Shown here: in pieces, positions 20,684 to 29,443 of the stretch
Position numbering within the stretch: position 1 is the first letter of the stretch
How the letters are laid out: each line of letters begins with the position of its first letter
Assembly: GCA_000217635.1 (NCBI GenBank)
Contig: CP001817.1
Coordinates: forward strand, 90,001 to 122,000
Direction of reading: 5' to 3'
DNA length: 32,000 nucleotides
Source of the DNA: Candidatus Saccharimonadota bacterium
Lineage (GTDB): Bacteria > Pseudomonadota > Gammaproteobacteria > Enterobacterales > Enterobacteriaceae
Position numbers and translations under genes: made by a program
The notes under the pieces: generated by a model
Told to the model about the DNA's origin: nothing
What the model saw: the letters and a program-made list of their open reading frames with translations, nothing else
Database searches by the model: none

Positions 20684-20949
20684 TATTATACTCACATATT
20701 TTTGTATTTTTTTAATTAATAATATAAATTTAAATATTTTTGTGGATATTAAAACATAGTAATCGTCTATTCATAAAGAATATATATTAATTATAAATTA
20801 ATATAAGAATTTTACATGTTAAAAACATTCATAATTAATCTAATATTAATATATCTTAATATATAAAAAATTTTCGGTAAAAAAGATAAATAAATTATTT
20901 ATTTATTTTACTTTATGAATTTAATAGTATATATGTTTTTAGAAATTTT

Positions 20950-23793
20950 TTATACAAATAAACGACTTTCTTCTTTTCCTTCAATATTATTCACACATCG
21001 AGCGCAAATATGTATATTTTTTTTAAATTCTTGTAAATATTTAGAATAATTCCAACATCTTTGACATTTTATTCCATTTATTTTTTTAATTAAAAATTGT
21101 ACGTTATTAAATAGACTATTTCTTTTTAAATTCATAGGCGCAAATTTATAGTGACTTAACTTTACTTGTGATACTGAAAATATGAATTTTAATTCTAAAC
21201 AAATAGGTGATAGAATATTTAATATTTTATTATTCGTATATAAAATAACTTCTGTTTCTAGAGAATTTTTAATTTTTTCTTTTTTTATTTTTTTTTCTAA
21301 AATTTTATTTATTTCATTTCGTAATAAGAATATTTTTTTCCAGAAAAAATTATTAAATTTTTTACATGGAGGTATATATTTAATTTTTTTAAACCATTGA
21401 GAAATAAAAATAAATTTTTCTTTATTACCGTGTAATTGCGTCCAAATTTCTTCTGAAGTAAAAGATAGTATAGGGGAAATCCAGCGAACTAATGATTGTA
21501 ATATATAGTATATTGTAGTTTGACTACTTCTCCGAGCTTGACTTTTTTTATTCATGGTATATTGACGATCTTTAATAATATCTAAGTATCGTGATCCTAA
21601 ATTTATTGAACAAAAATAAATAATTTTTTGAACAACATCATGGAAATTATATTCTTGATATTCTTGAATAATTAAAAGTTGTGTTTGGTAAGTTTTTTGT
21701 AAAATCCATCGATCTATAAATAACATTTTTTTATAAGAAATAAGATGTTTCGAAGAATCAAAATCAAAAATATTAGATAATAAAAATCGAATTGTGTTTC
21801 TTATTCTACGATAGTGATCAGAAATTTGTTTTAAGACTGTATTAGAAATGGAAATTTCAGTAGAATAATTAGTATATGCTACCCATAACCTTAAAATGTC
21901 TGCTCCCCATATCTTAATAATATCCTGAGGTTTAATTGTATTATTTAATGATTTTGACATCTTTTTTCCATTTTTATCAACTACAAAACCATGAGTAATT
22001 ACGGTTTGGTACGGAATTTGTTTTTTTGTAATCATAGATATTATTAAAGACGACATAAACCAACCACGATGTTGATCTGATCCTTCTAAATATAAATCTG
22101 CTATATTATTTGTTTTATTTAATACATTGTATTTGTATATATTTAATCGATGATTAGATCCTGACTCAAACCATACATCTAAAGTATCTGTAACTTTTTT
22201 ATATAGATGGATATCTTCTTTTTTTAAAAAATCTCTTTTATTTAATTTCCACCATATTGTACTGCCATGTATTTTAATTTTTTTAATAATTTTTTGGAGT
22301 ATATTAAATGTATCAGAATGCGGTTTTCCAGTTTTTTTATGTATAAAAAATGGAATCGGAACACCCCATGTTCGCTGTCTTGAAATACACCAGTCAGGTC
22401 TATTTTTCAGCATATTCTTCATTTTTTCTTTATTCCATTGAGGAATCCATGAAGTATTTTCGATTTTTTCTGATAATTCTTTTAACCAAGATGAGTTTGA
22501 GGTTTTTATAAACCATTGCGGTGTTGCTCTAAAGATTACCGGTTTTTTATGCCGCCAACAATGAGGGTAAGAATGTATAATATCTTCTGTATATAATAAT
22601 GCATTATTTTTTTTTAATAATTTTAAAACAATATTTTCTTTATTAAAAATATATTTTTTATTTAGTTTAGGAAAGGAGATTAATTTATAATACCCTTTTG
22701 AGTTTATTATATTTATAGGATTAATATTATTTTTTTTACACTCAATAAAATCTTCTAATCCATGATCAGGCGACATATGTACAATACCTGTTCCTAAAAT
22801 TTCTGTAACATATTTTGATATAATAATTGGTATTTCAACATTAAAAAAAGGATGTAATGTTATTAAATCTTTTAATATTTTTCCGGAAAAAATAGAAATT
22901 ATTTTCCATTTTTTAGTATTCATTTTTTTCATTACAGATTCTGTTAATTTAACACTACATATATAATGTTTTTTTTGGACTTTAATTAATTGATAATAAA
23001 AATTTATATTAACAGCAATAGCTTGAGAAGAAGGTAAGGTCCAGGGAGTTGTTGTAAAAATTATAACCGAAATATTATTAATATCATTGAGAGTTTCTTC
23101 ATTTTTATAGGGATAAATTTTTTTAAAAAATTTTTTTGTATCTAAAAGTGTATAAGTTATATAAACAGAAAGAGATTTTTTAGGAAAGTAATCTATTTCT
23201 GCTTCTGCTAAAGCAGATTGACATTTTAAGCACCAATAAATTGGTTTAAAATCTTTAAATATATATCCTTTTTTAAAAATATCTGCTAAAGTTTTAATAG
23301 TATTGGCTTCGTTTACATAATCCATAGTACAACTTGCATTATTCCAGTCCGCTAAAATACCTAATCGAATGAAATCTTTTTTTTGTTTTTTGATTTGTTT
23401 TTTTGTGTATTTAAAACAAAGTTTATGAAAATCATTTTTAGTAATTTTTTTTAATATATTTAATTTTTTTTCTATTTTTTGTTCTATAGGTAATCCATGG
23501 CAATCCCAGCAAGGTATAAATGGAGCATAAAATCCTGACATACGTTTAAATTTTAATATAATATCTTTTAAAATTTTATTAACAGCATGTCCAATATGTA
23601 TTTCCCCGTTAGCATAAGGAGGTCCATCATGCAAAAAAAAATATTTTTTTCGTTCTTTTGACAGAGTATTAATTATTTTATATAAATGGATTTTTTCCAA
23701 TTTTTTTAAAATTTTTGGTTCTTTTTTTATTAGATTTGCTTTCATTGAAAAATTTGTTTTAGGTAAATTTAAAAAATTTTTATTAGTATTCAT
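20950..23793 (-). CDS. ileS: isoleucyl-tRNA synthetase
   Basis: From ATG 23793, [21 protein letters not shown] is the same length as E. coli [67 protein letters not shown], KMSKS and the C-terminal CxxC...CxRC zinc motif are all present. It appears intact. Confidence 0.95.
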   Translation of the reverse strand: [947 protein letters not shown]

Positions 23794-24245
23794 TACATAT
23801 CCGTTATTCATGATTTATATAAAATTAAAAATTCTTATTTATTAAATAAAAAAATTTTAATATTTTAATAGGTATTAAGATAATAAGAAAAAATATTGTT
23901 TTATATAACAATTATAAAATTTAATAAATATTTATATATAACAATATTAATTAAAAATTGATTATTTGTTTTTCTAATATTCATTATTTATTTTAAATAT
24001 ATATAAATTTTAAATCTATTTTTTAAGTATATAACTGTTTCATTTTTATCGGGTGTTTTAAGATTTTTTAAATATTATTAAATAATATATATTGTACACA
24101 TATTTTGTACATGTTAAAATTATATATTCATCTAAATTAGTATTATTTTTTAATAAAAAATATAATATTTAAAATATTATAAATATTTAAATTTAGACAT
24201 TGGTATATTAATATTAATCTATATATGCAAGGAGATAATAATAAT

Positions 24246-24509
24246 TTGGCTAACTTAAAAGCATCAAAAAAAGATTCACTTGCATCCAAAAAACGTAGAA
24301 TTTACAATGTTAGTAAACGCTCTATGATCAAAACATTTATAAAAAAGGTGTATTTTTTTATTAAGGAAGGAAATAAAAAAAAAGCATTACATGCATTTTC
24401 TTTAATGCAACCTATACTTGACAGACATGTTGCGAAAGGAATTATACATATTAATAAAGCGTCAAGACATAAATCAAAACTAATCAATTGTATTAAGAAA
24501 ATAATATAA
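24246..24509 (+). CDS. rpsT: 30S ribosomal protein S20, probable UUG start
   Basis: LANLKASKK......KRR..N.S.RSM.KTFIKKVY..I..G.K..A...F..MQPI.DR..AKG.IH.NKA.RHK..L matches E. coli S20 (MANIKSAKK...). AAGGAG lies at 24229-24234. E. coli rpsT is known to use UUG. The ATG 24225 in the ORF track would add 7 unsupported residues. Confidence 0.85.
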   Translation: MANLKASKKDSLASKKRRIYNVSKRSMIKTFIKKVYFFIKEGNKKKALHAFSLMQPILDRHVAKGIIHINKASRHKSKLINCIKKII

Positions 24510-24542
24510 TAATTATTTTATTGAGTAAATAAAATATATAAC

Positions 24543-24601
24543 GGGAGAAATAAGTATTGCTTCTATGGTAATAATGGTAGAAAGCAATACCCCTTTCTCT
24601 C
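24543..24601. terminator. imperfect long stem-loop between convergent rpsT and dnaJ, a candidate bidirectional terminator
   Basis: The core stem is GTATTGCTTCT (24554-24564) paired with AGAAAGCAATAC (24579-24590), with one bulge. The outer arms GGGAGAAA (24543-24550) and TTTCTCTC (24594-24601) pair partially. Confidence 0.6.
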
Positions 24602-24609
24602 TATTATTT

Positions 24610-25752
24610 TTATGCAGTTAAGTTATCAAAAAATCTTTTTACACTATCGAAAAAATGTTTTGAACGCGGGCTATTATTTTTTCCTTTATAATTATTTCCA
24701 AAACTTTGACCTAATTTTTGTAAAAGATCTTTTTGAGATTCATTTAAATTGACGGGGGTTTCTACAATAACTTTACAGAATAGATCGCCAGGATATCCTT
24801 TACGAACTGAAGTTACACCTTTACCTCTAATTCTAAATAGTTTTCCGGATTGTGTTTCAGGCGGTATTTTAAAATTAATTCTTCCAGTAAGCGTTGGAAC
24901 TTCTATTTCTCCTCCTAAAGCAGCTAAAACAAAAATTAATTGGGACTTCACAAGATAAATTATTTTCATCTCGTTCAAAAATATTATGTTTTTTACGGAA
25001 ATTTGTACATATAAATCTCCTGAATTTGCGCCACGTTTTCCTGCTTCACCTTCTTTATTTAATCGAATTCGATCGTTTGTATTAATACCTGCAGGAATCT
25101 TAACGGATAATTTCTTGGATTTTTTAACTCTACCTTGTCCATAACAGATTGAACATGGATTTTTAATAATAGTTCCGGTACCATGACATGTTGGACATGT
25201 TTGTTGTACACTAAAAAATCCTTTTTGCATTTGAATTTGTCCATGTCCATTACAACTATGGCATGAATTGGATGCTGTTCTATTATTAGAACCAGTACCA
25301 TAGCAAGCGTGACATTTTTCAAATCTTGGAATTATTATTTCTTTAGTTATTCCATGAACTGCTTCTTCTAAAGTTAAAGTGAGATTATATTGTAAATCAG
25401 AGCCTTTTTCTTGCGTTTTTTGTTGATTATTACCGAAAATATCTCCAAATACATCTCCAAAAATATCATTAAAATCTGATGTTGATGATGTAAAGGTACT
25501 ATTAAATCCATTGGTTGTATTATTTTGTTCAAAAGCAGCATGTCCATATTGATCATAAGCGGCTCTTTTTTTACTATCACTTAGTACTTCATAAGCTTCT
25601 TTAACTTTTTTAAATTTTTTTTCTGCGTCTTTTTTTCCTTGATTTCGATCTGGATGATATTTCATTGCTAATTTTTTATAGGCTCTTTTAATTTCATAAT
25701 CTGTTGCGGTATTACTTAGCCCTAATGTTTGGTAATAATCGTTTTGTGCCAT
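24610..25752 (-). CDS. dnaJ: chaperone DnaJ; the ORF is open but holds an ~18-codon patch read out of the ancestral frame
   Basis: The J domain (DYY..LG......[17 protein letters not shown]), the G/F region, four CxxCxGxG zinc-finger repeats and the C-terminal NSPRSK.FFD.VK.FFD.LT match E. coli DnaJ (380 versus 376 aa). Confidence 0.93.
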   Translation of the reverse strand: MAQNDYYQTLGLSNTATDYEIKRAYKKLAMKYHPDRNQGKKDAEKKFKKVKEAYEVLSDSKKRAAYDQYGHAAFEQNNTTNGFNSTFTSSTSDFNDIFGDVFGDIFGNNQQKTQEKGSDLQYNLTLTLEEAVHGITKEIIIPRFEKCHACYGTGSNNRTASNSCHSCNGHGQIQMQKGFFSVQQTCPTCHGTGTIIKNPCSICYGQGRVKKSKKLSVKIPAGINTNDRIRLNKEGEAGKRGANSGDLYVQISVKNIIFLNEMKIIYLVKSQLIFVLAALGGEIEVPTLTGRINFKIPPETQSGKLFRIRGKGVTSVRKGYPGDLFCKVIVETPVNLNESQKDLLQKLGQSFGNNYKGKNNSPRSKHFFDSVKRFFDNLTA

Positions 25753-25773
25753 GATTTTTTATTATTCTTAGTA

Positions 25774-27777
25774 TTAAAAATTATATAAACGGATGAAAAT
25801 ATTTTTACATCCGTTATATAATATTTGAGTGATATATGAAAATATTTTATATAATTTATGGTTATTTTTTTTGTTTTCTTTTACTTCTTCAAATTCTGCA
25901 TCTTCAACATTTTCTGTTTTTTTATTATCATTAATATCATTTGGTTGATTTTTATTATTTTCTTCGTTTTGTTGAATTTTTGTGATATTTTCATTTAGTT
26001 TAATAACATTTGTTATTTTTTCTTCTATATTTTTTTTGTTCTCTCCTTTTAAAGCTATTTCTAAATCTTGTAGAGATTGTGAGATTTCATTTTTTATAGA
26101 GTTTGAAATTTTATCTTTATATATTTCTAATTGTTTTTTAGTACTATGGATTAGTTGATCGCCTTGATTACGTACTTTTACTAATTCTTCGAATTGTAAA
26201 TCTTTTTCAGCATTTTCTTGAGCTTCAGAAATCATTTTTTTTATTTCAGATTCATTCAATCCAGATGATGCTTGTATTGTGATTTTTTGTTCTTTTCCGG
26301 TTGTTTTATCTTTTGCAGAAACATGCAAAATTCCATCAGAATCAATATCAAAAGTTACTTCAATTTGTGGAATTCCTCGTGGAGCACCTTGAATTCCATC
26401 TAAATTAAATTGTCCTAATGATTTATTATCTGCTGCTCTTTTTCTTTCTCCTTGTAAAATGTGAATTGTAACAGCGGATTGATTATCTTCTGCAGTAGAA
26501 AAAACTTGGCTATGTTTTGTAGGAATAGTAGTATTTTTTCCTATTAATGGAGTCATAATTCCACCCATAGTTTCTATACCTAAAGATAAAGGTGTAACAT
26601 CTAATAATAAAACATCTTTTACATCTCCAGACAATACTCCGCCCTGTACTGCAGCACCAACCGCAACCGCTTCATCAGGATTAACATCTTTTCTTGGTTC
26701 TTTTTTAAAGAAATCTGCAACCTTTTTTTGTACTAATGGCATCCTTGTTTGCCCACCTACTAAAATGACATCATGAATTTGTGAAATATTTAATCCAGCA
26801 TCTTTTAGTGCCACTTGTACAGGATTGATAGATTTCATAATTAAATCTTCAACTAAAGATTCTAATTTTGATCTGGTAACTTTAATATTTAAATGTTTTG
26901 GACCAGTTTTATCAGCACTAATATATGGTAAATTTACATCTGTTTGTTGAGCAGAGGAAAGTTCTATTTTTGATTTTTCTGCAGCTTCTTTTAATCTTTG
27001 CATTGCTAAAGGATCATTTCGTAGATCTATTCCTTGTTCTTTTTTAAATTCATTTACTAAAAAATTAATTAATCGATTATCAAAATCTTCACCACCTAGA
27101 TGTGTATCTCCATTTGTTGCTAATACCTCAAAGGTTTTTTCTTTATCAACATCATCAATTTCTATAATAGAAATATCAAATGTTCCTCCGCCTAAATCAT
27201 ATACAGCTATGGTACGATTTCCTTTACCTTTATCTAATCCATATGCTAATGCAGCTGCGGTAGGTTCATTAATGATTCTTTTGACATTTAATCCTGCTAT
27301 TCTTCCGGCATCTTTTGTAGCTTGTCTTTGAGCATCATTAAAATAAGCAGGAACAGTAATAACAGCTTCTGTCACTTTATGTCCTAAATAATCTTCAGCA
27401 GTTTTTTTCATTTTTTTTAAAATTTCTGCAGAAATTTGAGGTGGAGCAATATTATCATTATTTACTTTTATCCATGCATCTCCATTATTTGATTCAATAA
27501 TTTTGTATGGCATAATTTTTAGATCACGTTGAATATCATCTTCTTTAAATTTTCTTCCAATTAATCTTTTAATGGCAAACAATGTATTTTTTGGATTTGT
27601 TATAGCTTGTCGTTTTGCTGGTTGACCTACTAATATTTCATTATTTAATGTGTAAGCAATGATAGAAGGAGTGGTTCGATCTCCCTCAGCGTTTTCTAAA
27701 ACTCGAGCTTTAGTTCCATCCATGATTGCTACACATGAATTTGTTGTTCCTAAATCAATTCCTATAATTTTACTCAT
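25774..27777 (-). CDS. dnaK: chaperone DnaK (Hsp70); the ORF runs 28-29 codons past the conserved C-terminus
   Basis: Near-identical to E. coli DnaK from [16 protein letters not shown] through AEFEEVK.. . The ORF is 667 aa versus 638 in E. coli. One extra A in the A8 run (25865-25872) would create TAA and give exactly 638 aa. Confidence 0.96.
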   Translation of the reverse strand: MSKIIGIDLGTTNSCVAIMDGTKARVLENAEGDRTTPSIIAYTLNNEILVGQPAKRQAITNPKNTLFAIKRLIGRKFKEDDIQRDLKIMPYKIIESNNGDAWIKVNNDNIAPPQISAEILKKMKKTAEDYLGHKVTEAVITVPAYFNDAQRQATKDAGRIAGLNVKRIINEPTAAALAYGLDKGKGNRTIAVYDLGGGTFDISIIEIDDVDKEKTFEVLATNGDTHLGGEDFDNRLINFLVNEFKKEQGIDLRNDPLAMQRLKEAAEKSKIELSSAQQTDVNLPYISADKTGPKHLNIKVTRSKLESLVEDLIMKSINPVQVALKDAGLNISQIHDVILVGGQTRMPLVQKKVADFFKKEPRKDVNPDEAVAVGAAVQGGVLSGDVKDVLLLDVTPLSLGIETMGGIMTPLIGKNTTIPTKHSQVFSTAEDNQSAVTIHILQGERKRAADNKSLGQFNLDGIQGAPRGIPQIEVTFDIDSDGILHVSAKDKTTGKEQKITIQASSGLNESEIKKMISEAQENAEKDLQFEELVKVRNQGDQLIHSTKKQLEIYKDKISNSIKNEISQSLQDLEIALKGENKKNIEEKITNVIKLNENITKIQQNEENNKNQPNDINDNKKTENVEDAEFEEVKENKKNNHKLYKIFSYITQILYNGCKNIFIRLYNF
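25788..25815 (-). other. dnaK-dnaJ intercistronic stem-loop (AACGGATG / CATCCGTT)
   Basis: A perfect 8-bp inverted repeat, at 25788-25795 and 25808-25815, with a 12-nt loop. It is GC-richer than its surroundings and lies inside the 28-codon tail of the dnaK ORF that extends past the conserved C-terminus. Confidence 0.55.
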
Positions 27778-27855
27778 TGATCAATTACCTCTTAGTTATA
27801 ATATATTTTATATATTATATATAATATAAAAATTTGTAACAAGATAATATTAATT

Positions 27856-27887
27856 ACATGGGGTCAGTTTATCTAGCGTCAAGGGTT
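27856..27887 (-). promoter_or_regulatory. sigma-32 (RpoH) heat-shock promoter of dnaK
   Basis: The minus strand reads CCCTTGAC-GCTAGATAAACTGA-CCCCATGT. CTTGA and CCCCAT are separated by 15 nt, the same spacing as in E. coli dnaK P1 (CCCCCTTGATGACGTGGTTTACGACCCCATTTA). It forms a GC island in an AT-rich spacer, about 80 nt upstream of the dnaK ATG. Confidence 0.8.
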
Positions 27888-28157
27888 AACAAGAAATTTA
27901 ATTTATAAAATATGATTTTATATTTTTGTAATAAAATTAATTTTTTAAAAAATCGTTACAATATTTAAATTTTTTAACTATTATTTATATATATTTATTA
28001 AAAATTATCATTTTTTTAGAATAAAATGGTATAATTATTAAACTCAAAACATTAAAAATTATTTTTTAAATAAAAAAATTATATATATAACAAACAATTA
28101 CATTGAAATTAAATAAATTTTTTATTTTTAAGATATCTTACTTATAAGATTTTAATT

Positions 28158-28535
28158 ATGACATTATATAATTCAAGGCAAGTTGATAATTTTTTATTTT
28201 TATTTGTGGTAGTTTTTTATTTGTATGATTATGTTATTATGTGGTTTTTTTTAGGTGCAAAATCTGAATCTAAAAATAGAGATATACCTTTTGAATCAGG
28301 CGTTAATACTGTTGGACGAATTAATTTACGAATGCCTATTCAGTTTTCTTTATTTGCTATTTTATTTGTAATTTTTGATGTTGAGGCTTTTTATTTATAT
28401 TTATGGTCAGTTAATGTAGAGGAAGTAGGTTGGATAGGTTTTTTTGAAATATTTTTTTATTATAATGTTTTTAATTACTATCTTGTATTTAATAAAAAAA
28501 ATATGTTAAAATGGATTTTATCTCATAAAGAATAA
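28158..28535 (+). CDS. nuoA: NADH-quinone oxidoreductase subunit A; the ORF is open but probably contains two short out-of-frame patches
   Basis: SKN.....PFESG....G......P..F...A..FVIFDVEA.YL..WS.......GW.GF.E matches E. coli NuoA. It is the first gene of a nuoA-B-CD-E-F series. Confidence 0.88.
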   Translation: MTLYNSRQVDNFLFLFVVVFYLYDYVIMWFFLGAKSESKNRDIPFESGVNTVGRINLRMPIQFSLFAILFVIFDVEAFYLYLWSVNVEEVGWIGFFEIFFYYNVFNYYLVFNKKNMLKWILSHKE

Positions 28536-28639
28536 TATATATTATTGATCTATTAAATAAAAAACATTTTTTATATAAATAAATATCATATTATAGTTAT
28601 AATATATTTGTTAATAATAGAAAAAGGGTTTATTAACTT

Positions 28640-29320
28640 ATGAAATATACATTAACACGTATTCATAAAAAAAAAAAATAAATTGTTAAAATCCTATCCT
28701 TTACGTGATGTACAAACAGCTATAGATCCATTTGAAGAATATTTAAAAAAATAATATTTTTTTTGGAAGTATTGCAAAATTTTTTCACAAATGTGTTAAC
28801 TGGGGCCGTAAAAATTCTTTATGGCCATATAATTTTGGTCTTTCATGTTGTTATGTAGAAATGGTTAGTGCTTTTACTTCGATACATGATGTATCTCGTT
28901 TTGGTTCAGAAGTATTACGCGCATCTCCTAGACAGGCAGATTTTATGGTTATTGCTGGTACACCATTTATAAAAATGGCTCCTGTAATACAACGATTATA
29001 TGATCAAATGTTAGAACCTAAATGGGTAATTTCTATGGGATCTTGCGCTAATTCTGGTGGTATGTATGACGTGTACTCAGTGGTACAAGGTGTTGATAAA
29101 TTTATTCCTGTAGATGTCTATATCCCCGGTTGTCCTCCAAGACCTGAAGCATATATTCATGGTTTACAGTTATTACAAGACTCAATTTCTCAAGAACATA
29201 GACCATTATCTTGGGTAATAGGAGAGCAAGGTATATATAAAGCTGATTTTGTTGCGGAAAAGAAAAAAAAATATTAATAGAATTGCTGTAACTAATATTT
29301 CAAATGACGATATTATTTAA
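28640..29320 (+). pseudogene. nuoB: NADH-quinone oxidoreductase subunit B, interrupted by three +1 A-run frameshifts (slippage-rescued gene, pseudogene or assembly error)
   Basis: Four consecutive frame segments reconstruct a full NuoB. They are MKYTLTRIHKKK / [24 protein letters not shown] / [41 protein letters not shown]...GCPPRPEA...PLSWV / [15 protein letters not shown]. For comparison, E. coli has MDYTLTRI..., ...[23 protein letters not shown]..., and ...RIAVTNLRTPDEI*. The ORF track only shows 28861-29277. Confidence 0.88.
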
Positions 29321-29443
29321 AATAAAATACCGTCTGTACGTATATTACTTATACATTTTATTTCACTCTTATTGTATGTTACTGTGGTAAAATCAAGTTT
29401 GATTTTTTTGACATACTTTTAAAAAATTTAATATAATATATTT

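Noticed and set aside
20950-23793. ileS checked for editing-domain decay and for hidden frame patches like those in thrS and glyS.
   Set aside because: The CP1 editing motifs (TTTPWTLP and GTG.VH..P.HG..D) and all class-I motifs are present. The whole protein aligns with E. coli IleRS in a single frame.
24302-25580. A cluster of small ORFs: 24302-24487 (minus), 24749-24958 (plus), 24894-25085 (plus), 25059-25322 (minus) and 25374-25580 (minus).
   Set aside because: All overlap rpsT or dnaJ in alternative frames or on the opposite strand. dnaJ and rpsT fully explain the region. The minus-strand ones are simply off-frames of dnaJ kept open by its relatively G/C-richer zinc-finger and G/F regions.
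28861-29277. The 138-aa ORF taken at face value as a complete nuoB.
   Set aside because: It would lack the conserved N-terminal third, including the first cysteines of the CC...C Fe-S motif (GLSCCYVEM lies just upstream in the same frame), and also the conserved C-terminus. Both are present in adjacent frames.
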